Program-made: the position numbers and the translations under genes
Shown here: positions 49,440-63,484 of the stretch, piece by piece
How positions within the stretch are numbered: position 1 is the first letter of the stretch
How the letters are laid out: every line of letters starts with the position of its first letter
Source of the DNA: Sphagnum compactum
Lineage: Eukaryota
Reading direction: 5' to 3'
Length of the DNA: 64,000 nt
Assembly (NCBI GenBank): GCA_965153455.1
Contig: OZ234493.1
Location: 32,292,213 to 32,356,212, forward strand
Notes under the pieces: model-generated
Told to the model about the DNA's origin: nothing
Databases searched by the model: none
Seen by the model: only the letters and a program-made list of their open reading frames with translations

Positions 49440-52041
49440 TTGGAATGGAGATATCAGAATCCAAGGTGAATTTCTTGGACAGATACCACAAATGGCTAAC
49501 TAGGCTTTGAGGATTTGCAGCAGAGATTAGTGAAAAAAAATAGTCCATCTTATATTCCCTATTGGGCTTTTGTTAATGGAGTATTTAGTTTTTTGGCCAA
49601 GCAAATGGAGTTTTGTCAGTGCCTATGGACTGGCAAAACTGAGGGTTTGAGCACTGGTGTCAGCTCAGACTTTTCAAGTGGTTACAGGACATTGCTTTTT
49701 AGGGGTAGCTCCAAAGTAGGAAGGGTTCATCTAATCAGAAGCTACAAATTGCAGGAAGTTCCAAATTCTAACCTTCTCTACCAGTTGTAAGGTGGGGGAG
49801 TATTACTGATTATTGTTACTATGTGCAGAATTTTGGGCCTAACAATATGTCTCAGAATGTTTTCAGACATATTAGTGACATAGTCAGTTAGGAGAATTTT
49901 GATAAAAACAGGAATGCTTATGGATGGAGCTGAATTTGAGCATTGCTACAGATATGTAAGTATGCAATTTGAGGGTCCTGTTCGCTTTATCTGAACTTGC
50001 ACTGCCTCCGCTTGGATAAAACTTGGTCTGAACACACTTTGTCTAATTTTTTGCACTCTGTGAGGCTTCCAAATTAGAGGGGAACCTGCATACTCCAATA
50101 CTACAGATAGGATCCTGACTGAAGATTACCAAGAATGGCTGGAGTGAACCAACAAGCTACTGGTGCACCATCCATTGGAAGCCCCTTATGATTCAGTTCT
50201 GGATGAAACCTAACTGAGTTATGCAGGTATCAATATGATTTGTATGCCTCATGTTCATTCCAATATTTTCGTTAGTGCTAAGTTGGGAGGTTATCAATAG
50301 TCAAATTTACAGGTTTTTGAGGCTTTGTAGTTCTAAAGATTTTCTTTCTCTCAGCAGATGATCAGTCTTATTGTCCTTCTGAAGGATTAAGGCTACCCTC
50401 TAAAGATTTTATTCAAGAGGACTAAAGGATTTCTCGATTTTAAAAATTCCTTTTTGGAATCTCCGCATTTGGAGTATTCTGAATGATTTTTCGTAGTCTT
50501 GTAAGTGGGGAGGTTCTTGTAAGTCCACTTGGTCTATGTTTATTCTTTTGGTCCTTTTCTGTGTTTAGTCTTCTTTGTTGTGTGTTTTTCGTTGCTAGCC
50601 AGTAGCATGGCGGAGTCATCTCTTTACTTTGTTTGATGGTCCCTAAACAAGTGTGAGACTGACATTGTTGTTCATACGACATACATGTTTATTTTGATTT
50701 TCTGTCCTCGTTTGGTATTTGTTTTAGTTCTCGGTTTTGTCTTACCTTCTTTGGAAATTTCTGTGGCTTATGAAAAAATGTTAACCTTGCTTTGCATTTT
50801 CACAAGGATGGAGATTTCTCAATTCTTATGAGGGATATATATATGTTAGTCGGTAAGTAATGAAAACAGAAACAGAGCTGACAACCATAAAAAACTGGGG
50901 AACTGGAATGCAAGGGAAAAGTGTTTCATGTCCACGTACCATCCATCTCTTGTTGTGCAATGGTGACAGTTGGTTCACTCTGCAGTCACAAAGAGTTAAC
51001 AGGCCAAGATCTTACAATCCTCATCAACGACAGATACAGGTGCACAACACATGCCATTCCAAACAGTTCCATGTTTACAGCAACTGTAGCTCTTCTGAAA
51101 GTGGCTGATGGGTACACAGGAATTGAAAAGCACAAAGCAGAAAAGACCACTTGAGTTTTGAGATATCAGCTTTCACCCCCCCTTGTAGCATTGCTCTAGC
51201 TACAGAATTTGGTAGGCAAATCCAGCAAGCAAGAATACTCTTGCCTGAGTTGCTGACAGAGAAAGGTCAGTCAGTAAGCTCCGAGTTCTGACAAATGACA
51301 AGCACAGACCACCTGCAGTAGAGAGAGAGGGGGAGAGCAGCACAAGAGAGAGTGGTGGAGCAATGCAGCCGAAACGACAGCTCTGAATCTTCTTCCCAAT
51401 AAAGCCATAATTCTCACTGAAATTGAGGATTTGTTGACAAGCACCCATGGGAGAGAGAAGCTGGGACACAGTAGCTATTTCAGATGACAAACACCACATT
51501 TGTGCTTCACTCTTTTCTCATGTCCCACAATGTGCTGTTCTATGTCACGAACTGAGTGGCAGAGACTCAGCCCTGATGAAAGGAAAATTGTATGTTGCTG
51601 GTTTGTCTGTTTCTGCTTGGTTGCATTTGTGTTGTGTGCAAAAATGGTATCCAAGTTAGTTGGCAAAAAAAGGCCAGCAAATTGAAGAAGGGATTTGCAA
51701 GCAAAACTTTCAATGCTGCAAATCTTGGACTGGTATATATATGTATAGGCCTGAACATGGTATCAACATTGGTATAAGCATCCTAGCTAGGAAAGAGCTC
51801 TCTAGTTCTTGGAAGGTGACAGTGGAGGTTGACCTCACTACTTGGCAAACTCTCCAGAAATATAGGCTCAAGAGGGACTCATTTATGCAGAGTAGAATTT
51901 AGTGGGACTTGATCACCAAGTGATCTAACCAGGATGTCTTTAGTTTGAAAGAGGACTCCATTTGTTGGAACATGTCTCCTCTCATGTATTTTCTAATTCA
52001 TGAGTGAAAGGGGTTGTTTCCCCCCCTCTACACTTGCAGCT

Positions 52042-52150
52042 GTCCTCCCTACTGGGCTGGTATTGCCTCAAGTAACATCAGCTTCATATACCCGTGTCAA
52101 CTTGTCTGGGAGGCAATACCAGCCCAATACCAATTACTCAGTAGGGACCT
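52042..52150. repeat. Inverted repeat/hairpin
   Basis: Perfect 17-bp IR tgggctggtattgcctc (52053-52069) / gaggcaataccagccca (52110-52126), plus an alternative tccctactg/cagtaggga pairing further out. Confidence 0.85.
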
Positions 52151-52374
52151 GAGGTAATATCTTGAACTATGTGCATTAATTTAAAATAATAATATAATAT
52201 TAAAATTTTATTTAATTGAGTGTAATGAAAATGAAATCGTACCTAGTCTTAAACCGGACTGGCTCTAAATTCTTTGTGAAATTCTTCAAAGATTTTAGAA
52301 ATTCAAAGAACTAGTCTCAAGACCAAACCAGAGCTTCCATTAATTTTCATTCTTTAGCCTGAAATGAGGGACCA

Positions 52375-53100
52375 GAATGGTACTGGTACCAGAGCATTTC
52401 TCAAACTCGTACCATTCATTCTGGTATCAACAATTCAAGGTACCCAATTTTATGCTGTGATGGTATTGATATCAATATGAATAATATGATACCAGCTGGT
52501 GTAAATTTTCAACTCGGGTATAAATCCAATGTCTCATAAGGGTTGATTTTTCAGGGTTTCATCCACTCCATGTTGTGCATAACCAAGCCAATTAGAGGGT
52601 TGAAATATGAAAACCAGATTGCAGCCATTGAAAAACAAAAAGAAACGAGAGACATGCTTGAAAGTTCAGCAAGAGAGCAGCCAACTTCTTCGCCCATGAA
52701 AAGATTAAGTGCAAATTCAAAATAAGAAAATGGGTACAACTCTTGAAGCACATAATCATAGCAAGCTTGATACCAGGGGAGTAGGCAACTCTAAATGCGC
52801 AACACTGATATGCACTCTGGTATTCAAACCCGAAATTCAGGCTGGTTGAGTCTCTGGCTGTTTTTGGCGAAATACATAAAGGGGGGGGGGGGTATGCTGA
52901 TATTGAACTGGTACCAGGTGGATCGATACCACACTGATCGGGTTTGCAACACCAGTGTTGATACCAGTGCATATACCAGGGCATGGTTCTAAATAGGATC
53001 CAATACCAAGAGCAGGCTCGTATGAAGATTTTTACAATACCCAATACCAGAATCAGGGTGGTGAGTTCAAAAGTTGGATACCAGATGGTTGTGACCTGGT
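52375..53100. repeat. ATACC/GGTAT-rich dispersed repeat (MITE-like)
   Basis: Many ataccag/ctggtat motifs in both orientations. No credible ORF. Confidence 0.4.
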
Positions 53101-53742
53101 GCCTCCAACCCTAACAATGGCAATGGTCCAAATGAAGCTCCTGAATTCTTCTGCCAATTTTTTTTTGTTGGTACAGAGCAGGCGACAGCCTGAAGAGCTC
53201 TCTACCTTGGCAGCCTGTGCAAAGTTTTCAAGTGCAAAACTGTAGACAAACCCTTGGTTTTGACCTCTGACCCCAAAAAAAGAAAGAAAAAGCAAAAGAG
53301 CTTTTGGAAGATTTTAAACTGTTAGCAGCAACCCAAAGTGAAGGATAATCTCATTCACATTCTTGGGGTCTGCTGCAGAGCATGGTGCCATTCATTCTGC
53401 TTCTTTCTTACAAAGGCCATGTGCATAACAAGAGAGATCTGACCTGTATGTAGCAGAAGAGTTGCTTCAAGCAAAAGGTGAACAAGCTGTCCCACTTATT
53501 CCAGACTCTCCTTTTGCAATATTTGCTTTGCAAGAATAATGGACAAGTCCAACAGACATGAGACAGTGGCTGCTAGTCTGCTCTGCTCTGCTCTGGCAAC
53601 AACGTCCCTTTTGATTTGGTGTGTACTTACAGACATTCCTAATTGAAACTTTACTTTGCCAAAGCTTCTTCTTCACTTGCTGGCTGCCCTTAATATGTTC
53701 ATCTGATTTGGTGCTAGCCTAAATGTGTAAGCACCATCATCA

Positions 53743-53781
53743 AGACACACAGACACACAGACAGACACACAGACAGACAGA
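53743..53781. repeat. Compound (AC)/(ACAG) microsatellite
   Basis: agacacacagacacacagacagacacacagacagacaga. Confidence 0.85.
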
Positions 53782-54151
53782 GCAGGTGATATGAATGACT
53801 TTCTCTGTCAGTGAGATGAGGAGGCAAAAAGGCCAGAGTGAACCAACAGCCACCAGCAGACCATTAGGGATGGATGAATAGTGGGTGGATGGGAAACACT
53901 TTTCTAGTGACAATTCTAGTTCCCTAGCTAACCACAGTGGTGACCTAAGTTGGCTGTTTTCTTTTGTTTTTTAAACCCTTTTTTTTGTTTTTTGATAACT
54001 CTGGCGACAACAGAGCCTCAACCCTAAGTTAGTTGCTGTTTTTTACTACCTACCCAATAACAACAACCCACTAACCCTTACCTAAAATACTAATCATCTA
54101 CATGCATCTTCCTATCTGTTAGTCAACTACTCTTCTCCCTACCTAATTAAT

Positions 54152-54174
54152 TACCTACCTACCTACCTACCTAC
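54152..54174. repeat. (TACC)n microsatellite
   Basis: tacctacctacctacctacctac. Confidence 0.85.
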
Positions 54175-54781
54175 TTGCACGACTTTTTTTTTAACAGAAT
54201 AAGTTACCAAGGTGAAACCCAACACCCCATTGCAACAAAAACCTTTGAAATAGGACAAGTAAAAAAGTCCGAACAAACCTACAAAGAATGTTGTCATGGT
54301 TCATATGGTGCATAATTGACTATCTCCACTTACAAGTAGTCCATGATGGCAGTTGATTATATCCATAATAGCTCAGATATTGTAAGCATATACAAGACAA
54401 CAACAATGGCCAAAAGTTACCCTCAAAAGAATCACATCAATGTTATTGAAGCCACTAGAACAAGCAAAGCATTCCAAAGACACTCAGTTGTTGCCCAAGA
54501 GACTTCAAAACCACATACATACCTATTCACACTAAAAGACCACCACTAGAAGAAGAAATCAATGCAAGGGACAAACTATGGGGGGCAATATGTAGTATAT
54601 ACCATTACACTGTAACTGGAATCCTTTCCTTTTTATTGTGAGAGCAAAAGAATAGAACCCTGCTGAGAGATCACTCACACACACAATAAATCAACTTGTG
54701 TGCACACAACAAGCCAACAACAACAAACTGTCAAAAACTGGAAAGCAACCAAAATCCACCACCAAATTTACTTAAAAAGCC

Positions 54782-54966
54782 CAAGTAGGGTAGTACAAGA
54801 ATGTTGGTTTCTAACAATTTTCTCTTCTCCTTGTCATTGAAGCCAGCACCTAGTAGGTGAAAAGGGAGCTAACAAGCAATCCCAGAATCCAATTGGGAAA
54901 CAGACCTTTTTTTGGGTAGGTTAAGAAAACCACTAAAAGACATTCTTAAGTATACTACCCAGTTGG
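54782..54966. mobile_element. Fold-back MITE-like element
   Basis: Left gggtagtacaagaatgttggtttctaac pairs, with indels, to right gttaagaaaacca…acattcttaagtatactaccc. Confidence 0.5.
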
Positions 54967-56454
54967 ATTATTCCCTTCTCTCAATGGATTTGGTTTTTCC
55001 TTTTGGGTTCTGGTTGGGGGCAGAGGGGGAGAGAGAGGGGGGGTGTCCCTGCTTGAGTCAGAGATGATGCACCCTAGTGACAACTGGAGTAACTTGTAAG
55101 AGGCCAGATTTTAATGAAGACCAGAGCTGCCAATTTTGTCCTTACCCAGCAGCTGATGGATCCCCACTCAGACTTAGGATGAATGGAGGAGGATCTCCAA
55201 TCCAATTTATGCATCCCTAGTTTGCCACATCTAATTTCTAGCATTCTCAACTTGGACTTAGGAACTCTCTCTCTCCTTTTGTGGTTCCAGTGCCTCCCTG
55301 GATTGGTGGTGCCTTGCCCTTTGTTAGTAGTAAAGTTTGGCAGGTTTACAAGCAATTTGAAGCAAAGCATTGTAGATATGGAGGGCCGTTTGTAGGCCCC
55401 CAAAACCAGTTAGTGGCCTTCATCCCTTCATCAAGTGGCCCCTTGAATAAGGGATATTCTTCACAAAGGACACTTAAAGGGTTTTTCTTATAAAAGTTAC
55501 CCATATGTGGAGATCAATCATCCGGCCTTACACCGTCCTTAGTCCTTACCCTACACATTGTTGTCTCACATGCCATATCCATGGGAGATGGAAGACCATG
55601 AGACCTGACTTGATTTTCCTAGTGTAATTGGAGGGCACATGACAAGCTAATTTGTTTTTTCCCTTTTATGAAGGGTGGGCATTTTGGAAAACAAAAAAAA
55701 CCCATGCAGGAGGTTATTATGTGTAGGGTGATGCCCTAGGGATGGGGTGTTCCCAAAATAATGGGCCCTCAAGACCGACCGGAGGAGGCCGAGGGTCCTT
55801 TATTAAATGAACACTTACCCTGCCTTGAGGGTGTTGCCCAATGTAAAAATTGATGACTTCTACTCTTTTTTTTAAAACCATGATACTTGGTGGGTACCAT
55901 CCAGGGTAACTTCCGGGTATCACGGTTTTAAAAGTTTTTTAAAATAATGAGGGCATTTTGAAAAGACAAAATTGTGGGCATTTCATGCGCATTTCTAATT
56001 TTTGAAATGCCCACTTGCAAATTTATTCAAATCATGGTGCCTTTAGAACCAAAATTTGCACACAAAAATTTAGTGTATGTCATAGAGTGTATATCACACA
56101 TTGTGAACCAAAAGATAGGTATTTTACCACTTTGTTTTAAGGAACCTTTTTTTTAATTTCTTTTTAAAAGTGCCTTTCAAATTGATAGATTCATTGCATT
56201 ATTGCCCTTCAGAGTTTGCAAGACAATTTTCTTTTTGCCCTGTGTTAGAATCATTACACCCCTTCCAAAAGACAAGAAGAAGGCTTCAATTTTAAGCCAT
56301 GGACAAGAAGAGTTCAATCTCCACTTGAGGATTGCTGAAAGAGTACAAAAGGGGAAAGTCTGGTTTGAACCTTAGTGCTGTAGAGAATTGGAAAAAAAAG
56401 GACAAAAGTTTAGGCAAGTGAAATCGGTGAGGAGAGTCAAAGATGTGCTAACAC

Positions 56455-56585
56455 AATTGTTGTTGCTCATGTGCTTGATGGCAAGTTAGGCAAAATAACA
56501 AAATTGTTGTTGCTCATGGGCTCGATGGCAAGTTAGGCATAAGAACAAAATTGTTGTTGTTCTTGAGCTCAATGGCATGTTATGT
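56455..56585. repeat. 47-bp tandem repeat, ~2.8 copies
   Basis: aattgttgttgctcat..gct.gatggcaagttaggca at 56455, 56502 and 56549; the third copy is more diverged. Confidence 0.9.
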
Positions 56586-59500
56586 GGTTATGGAAGTTGA
56601 GGGCATCGATTCAAAAGAAAGCTTGTGTGGACAACCCTCCAAGGTGGTGGTGTTGGTAGAGCACCAATTTAAAGGACAACTTTTGTTGTAGGTGAAGGTG
56701 GCAAATTGAGAGAAGCTGTTGTTTAGGGCTATTGCAAAGGCATCGAAGAACCTTGTTCGTGTTGTACTTTCGAATCAAGGAGTATGTTTTTGTAAGATAA
56801 CAATGAGTTAAATTATGATCTCCATTTCTAAAGCATCCAGTACACTAAGGTCACACTCGATGTGCCAACTTGTTGGAGTCTTAAGATCTCAATGCATTGA
56901 GTATATACAATCTCTTCCATTACAACATGAAGGTTTTCTCACAAGCAAAAGCTCTCCTCACATAAGACACCAAGATTCTACTTGTCATTTGTCACCCCCT
57001 CCCCCCCTAAAGCTCTTATAACTTACATTGGTTGTTAAGGCATTGCCTTCCACAATAATAGATGGTTAATAAAATGTTTCATGACAATTAAGTTTCTCAT
57101 TTGTGAACCTCCCACTAAACCTAAACTAGGTTTACAAGCTAAGTGTTCTTGTGTTGCTCCATCTCCACAACTTCAACCCTCATCCCCAAAAAATTATTGC
57201 GATTGTTATCTTTTCAGTTCACAAGGTTTTGTCAAAAAACTCTATAGCCATATCTCTTCAATTGAAATATAAGTAAACTCCATTCTCTTACTTGAACTAG
57301 TTTTTATGAAATGATATTGTATTTTATATCCTTGCAACTTCTAGAATGAAATTTAAAATATCTTGATAAGGCTACTCTGGCATTCCATGCGTTGATTATC
57401 TAATGCAACACAATATGTTTAGATTGATCAAACCAAGGTTGTGAAGCAATCTTTCTTCACCAAACACTTTCTATTGTTCAATTTGACATTGTCATATGTT
57501 TTGATTATGTATTCGATAGTGCAATAAATTGATGTGTTTTTTTTTTCAAGCTTACCACATTTCCAACAATAACATGATGTTAATGTTCTTGTATTAAAGT
57601 CATATTCATTAAAGTGTTGGTCAATTTTTCCTTTTCAAAACAACTTCTAGTTCTAGTTTTGATACTATTTTTTTTGCTTAGGTTCTTTGGGTTGGAGTTT
57701 GAGCTTGATTTTTCATATTTCAAACTACAATTCCGTTTTTGGCCACTTTCTTTTCACATTCAAAAACTTGTAGGCCTAGTTCGAAAATTGGGTCTAATTC
57801 CAAGTAGACATTACACATTCCCCAAGACTACATATTGTATAGGTATAAAGTTTTAGAACAAATTAAATTTCACAATGGCATAAGTACAAAAACCTACAAC
57901 TAACAAAATTGATTGATTAACTATAATGCTCAATCTATAATGCCAACTTTTCAAAAAAATTAACTTGCTCACCTATAGAACAAAAATTAATATTCAAGAG
58001 TTTTTTTAAATATTTTTGTTTTGATTTTCATTCTAGCAAGAGGCTAGTTCCATGGTCCAATTCTTATGCTAGTTCCATTAAAAGATGTTGGTTTAAGTCA
58101 CATGCGAGTCACAAGAACCTAAACTTGAAACCCCTGAATTTGACACTTTCAACTAGAAACATTACCAACATTAGTCATTATCCTATGAACATTAATATCC
58201 CTACAAGTCATAAACCCTATGCATCTAAAGTGTTTAAAATTGATTTTCACCATTTCAACTTTCAACAAAAATCATCCATTATTGTAATGTAAGGGCATTT
58301 TTAGCATATGTCTACTAAATAATTAACTAATTTTCAAAATATTCTTAATTTTCCTTAACTAAAATTTTCTTTGGAATACATATTTTTTGAAATTTTCAAC
58401 ATTTCTAAAAATAATATAATTTGTGTTGAAGTCACCTGGCAAGGTATTATGGTAATACATCCTACATTGCATTTAGTTCCATTTTCCTATGCACTTTTAC
58501 CGAAAAATTACTTTTTTAAACCACATGGCAGGATTAAGATCCCCCGTTAAAAATAATCTAAAATAACAAATCATTTGAAATCCTATTGTTATTAAAATTT
58601 TAACACACAACTTTGGGGGCCCATCTTATGTTTCAATTTATGGTGCAATCATGATGGTTTATGGTATTCCTATTTTATTCTTCTCTTGTAATTTCTTCAT
58701 GTTATGTTTTGGTTCATAACTTATGGCTAAATTTGTCATAACAAAAATTATTCAATTGAACAACAATAGTCATAAGTTTTTTTATTGTAATTTAATTTAA
58801 AATGTAAAGTCATATTCAACATTAAAAATGTCATTTAAAAAGTATCCATGTTGCAACAAATTTTAGTGATAATCACATTAAAAAATATCAACGAATTCTA
58901 AGAAAAAATTAGACTCATAATGAACCTTTGAAATGATGACATTGTGTCTATCACATAGATAAAATGCAAAATGTGGACTCAAAAAAAAGTCAGAATAATG
59001 TCAAAATAAAAATAAAATAGATCACCTCAAATGGAAAATTTAAGAATAATATGCATTGATACTTTCTCAATACAAAAAATTTTGATTTAATTTTTTTAAA
59101 ATATCGTATTTGTTCATATTTTATTATTTACAATCTATTTCACATCGAAATATCCAAGCTTTCACATGAATTTTTGAACCAATCAAAAAATTTATAAAAT
59201 GAGATATCAATATATTTGATAAAAATATATAGGGAATAATTACAAGATTTATAATTTGATAATTATTATAATTGTAAGAAGATTAACTAACGTAAAACAT
59301 GAAAATTTCAAAAATGTCAAAAGTGAGTCACTTAACTATGCTTTTACCCCTTAATTAATGACATTATTACCTCCTTATCACTAATGTGTGACTATGTTCT
59401 AGAAAGTTGACTACTTCTAAAGTTTAAACATGTGCATATGTTTGCATATGTTATCATATTTTATCACAAATGTAATTTTTTTTCATATGCATGTTTGTGA

Positions 59501-61829
59501 TTATATTTTGTGCTTTGAATAATTTACATGCTTATTTCCAAGTTGCATTGAAACTTTGACATGTTTGTGCGTGGAAAAGAAAATGCATCTTTGTCCTCCT
59601 CATCATCACTACTACCAAAGTCCTTTCGACAAGCAATGGTTGAACACAAACATGTTTGTTGGTCTTGCTTTAAAAAGTCCAATTAACTATATTATCACTT
59701 GAAAGTTTTTGAATTAAGAAAATAGGATTGACATTTGTTTCCAAACATTGAAAAATTTCCATAAACTTGGGTATATTACAAATATTTTTTTACATTGCAC
59801 ATATTACTAATACCTTTTTAGAGGTTTTATTTCACAATGAATACAAAATTTCTTTTCTTTTCTACATATTTTTTGCAATTCTAATCCAAGTTAAACTAGA
59901 TGTTCCTTCAATAACCAAAATGAAATTGCCATATACTTAGACCAAACAACAAAACCTTAATACCATGTTGGCATCCTAGGAATTACATTCATTAAATAGA
60001 AACAATTAAATATATAAGTGTTCCCAAACGTTTGTTAAATGGTATCAAAGGTACTCCCTTGATAAAGTGCCTTAGACATGCTCTTTAGCTCCTCATACCA
60101 ACATAAAAAGGTTGCACAATATCAGCTTTGGAAATTTGGGACGGCATATTTAACATTCACCCTCGATCACTTTAACTACACAAATTAGAATTGAAACACA
60201 ATTAATGTTTTTAACCATAATTAAAACACTAAACAATTATAGATTCGCATGGACTTTGTTTTGGGTTCACAAATATTGTACCAAGGATTGATGTTTGGCA
60301 CAAAAAGGTCTAGTTAAAAAATTGGTTTTTTTTCTTGATATTTGCTAAATTTGGTGAAATTTTGTTTATTGTCCCAATCCATTTTGGGTTACTATTACAA
60401 ATTCACAATACAAGGTGTACTTTGCATGTTTAATCTTCAAATGCTGAAGTTTTGGGAAATATAATTTGAAATTGTTGAACTTCATTTTCTAAAAACTAAA
60501 TCATGTTCTAAAGGCATAAAAGGCATAGTCATTTCACACTGAGTTGCTTGTTCAACCTTTTTTTTATATCTATTTAGATAGCCATTGAATTTACCAAAAC
60601 AAACAATTCAACATATTATAAATTTGTCATGTGTTCAATTAATATAAGATCTTCAACATGAGAATTCATTTCCTTCAAAATTGAAATTTAACATATTGAT
60701 TGGTATAGAATAACTTTAATGGTTGTGAATGTGATTTTGCAAAATATTGTTTTGACAAAAAAATGCATGATCCAAAAAGTTGTAACCCAAGTCTCCTTTG
60801 AAAATTTGGATAAGTTCCAATGTAAATGTTTCTTTCTTTCCTCCTCAATTGCATTAGAATTGATCAAATCAAACCTAATTAGTTAGAAAAATGTTTAACA
60901 AACACATCCCAAGCCTAATTGTCAACAATCAACCAATGTATGTATGTCAAGTGTAATTGATTTAGTGTTGTTACACCAACATTTGATTGTTTAATTGATG
61001 TGTAATCGATCAATTGAAACTCATCGATGTCCAAATTGGCAACCAAATTGTCGACAACATGTGAACCTATAGGGTCTCATGTGACCCCAATATGATAAGC
61101 TTAGGGACAAGAAAAGGAAGAAGATTTATGCAAAGTAAGCTCACCAATCATGTTGATGTAACAACTTTTCCTCATGTTCCCTTGCATGAATGACTATTGC
61201 CTCCCCTTCTAAAAAGGTTGTAAGTACATACATGATGGGATACAAGAGGAAATTGTTGTCGAGTGCTTTTCCGGTAGTAAAATCAATTAACTTTATTTTG
61301 GTTCGAACCAAAGCAGAGCAAAGGAGCCCCCTCCAACCCCCTCCCCCTAGCCTTAACTCACATCATCCTGCCTGCGACCCCAGGGTCCCAACACTGGACG
61401 AGAGCACTTTGGTCGGTCGGTTGTCTCAATCATCTGGGTAGCACTTACAACTCCCTTGTGACAGAGCTCTTTTAAGCAGGCGAACCACTGGAACAAGAAT
61501 GACACCGAGTTTGCCAACTAATTGTGACACCGAGTGAGTGTCGGGTTACTCTTATTATTATTATTATTTACAAAGCCAACGACCACTTCAGTACATATCC
61601 TCTGCAACTATACATTTCCATAAATCATCATCTAGTGGTAGTCATATTTTCGACTGTCTTTTACCTAATGTTTTACAGGCTTGGCCACGTCCCTCTGTCC
61701 ATTCCAAACAACTATCCTTGCAATGTCGGCAATGGCCTGGCAGCTTTTGTTGAGCTTAGTGATTAAAAGAGCAAGTGCACAAATAAAATTATTATGACTA
61801 CCTACAACATCTTCGAGCAAAGATAGAAG

Positions 61830-62112
61830 ACAAATGCCGTCCGTAGTAGTTGTAGTCGGCATTTGTAGTACATAAGAAGAGCCTCTTCATCATAAGGCTA
61901 GGCTACTACCGGTTGGCATTCATTCGTATGCAAGAGCCTCTTCATGATACGGCTACTACCGGTCGGCATTCATATGTAAGAAAGAGCCCCTTCGCCAAAG
62001 GCTACTATCGGTCGGCATTCGTATGTATGTATGTAAGAGCCTCTTCACCAAAGGCTACTACTGGACGGCATTTTTACACAAGAGCCTCTCCACCATAAGG
62101 CTACTACCTGTT
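61830..62112. repeat. Array of 5 hairpin-containing units (45-55 bp period) with an inverted lead copy
   Basis: AAGAGCC anchor at 61877, 61932, 61982, 62035 and 62080. Core is AAGAGCCTCTTCA..AAGGCTACTACCGGTCGGCATT. Confidence 0.85.
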
Positions 62113-63445
62113 GCCCCCAGTGAGCTCTATGTCAGTCATTTCAAAGTAAACCTTGGGTAGTGTAAGGTAGCTGTTCGGGGAGTTGGGAAAAAGAGAAGAA
62201 GGGAAGGCTTTTGAAAGGGGGGGGGACATTCCCCAAATGTGAACTTGTCCACGTTACCACCTTGTCCTGGGCCCATATAGACATAATTCCCATGCACAAA
62301 GAAGAAAATTGAAAGAGAAGAAAAGAGATTGAGAGGGAGGGGGGACCCCATGGCCTTCCTTGCACCTTTGTATTATAAAGGAAGGCGTTGTCGGGGTTAC
62401 TTTTCTCCACACCTAAATATGCTCAGCATGTGAAAGGGAGACTAAAAAGAAAAGAAAAGAAAAGAAAACAAAACAAAACAAATGAAAGGAAGCAAAGGAG
62501 TGCACACCACCATAACTTTGCAAATTTGTTTGTCGGATACGTCAAAGAAAGGGGCTTCCAATTTCCAAAAGCTTCCACCAAATTAGGTCACCTTGTTCTA
62601 GCTGACTTGTCCCTAATAGTGGTACCACCATGGCTCAAAGTTCAAACCCTCTTGATAAGCTAAACAACACCTCAGCCAACGAGAACTCCTCGGTACATAC
62701 ATGGAGGCAGGGAATTTCTCTAGAGTTCAGTCAGGTGTATTTTTGGTCAGAAAGGCCATAAGCTAATAACAAGGTTTTTTCCACCAGAAGACGCTTACCT
62801 GACTGACTAACTGACACTCACAGAATCTCAAGCTGGTGCAAATGTGGCCCTTAGGTTTTAACAGATGGATGATGGCACCTTAACTAAACCCTAAAGCCCT
62901 CAAAGGAGTTTTCCTTTGTATTTGAAAGCACCTCCCAGCACCCAAGATTCCTTCTTCAGTTGAAGGACCCTTTTGTTGATCACATGATGCAGACCTTCCA
63001 CCATTTGAATACAAAACCTTTCATGCTTCAGGCTGGGGAACGAACACCTACTCCCACCCACCAGCCTCCCCTAACTCTCGGACCTACACCCTTGGGCTGC
63101 TGCCCTTGATACCCGGTGGATATGTGCTGAGTATCACATGAATTTTTTTCTTTAAAAAATTAAGCCTGTGCTTTATGTTGGGTAAATGCCCTCATAGTAG
63201 GGTGCTCCGAAAATTTAAACCCCCCCCCCCTTTCCCCCTTCAAACTCTACCTCGAGTGGAGACTAATTTTGGCATACCCTGCTCCTTGGTTGTTCTGAAT
63301 GTTGGCCAATTATTGATTTTTTCCATAACTTGTCAGCAGGTAGTTTATTTTTAGAAAACAATTTGGGTGCCAGTTAGGTTATCAAATACCCAGCTGATAA
63401 CCGCCAATTCACCTGCTGGCTATACATTGGTTACATGGTTTTTAA

Positions 63446-63484
63446 TAATTAATTAATTAATTAATTATTATCATTAATTATTAT
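63446..63484. repeat. (TTAA)n/AT low-complexity run
   Basis: attaattaattaattaattattatcattaattatta. Confidence 0.7.

Noticed and set aside
51180..51450. GA-rich segment resembling miR156/529/535 or a minus-strand non-coding exon
   Set aside because: No match to the mature miRNA sequences I know and no long hairpin. Splice-like signals alone are insufficient.
55074..55493. Overlapping short ORFs as a protein gene or LINE fragment
   Set aside because: No recognisable domain, and stops occur in the most LINE-like frame.
61855..62112. CRISPR array interpretation of the repeat units
   Set aside because: Linkers are short and related to each other, repeats are degenerate, the context is eukaryotic, and there are no cas genes.
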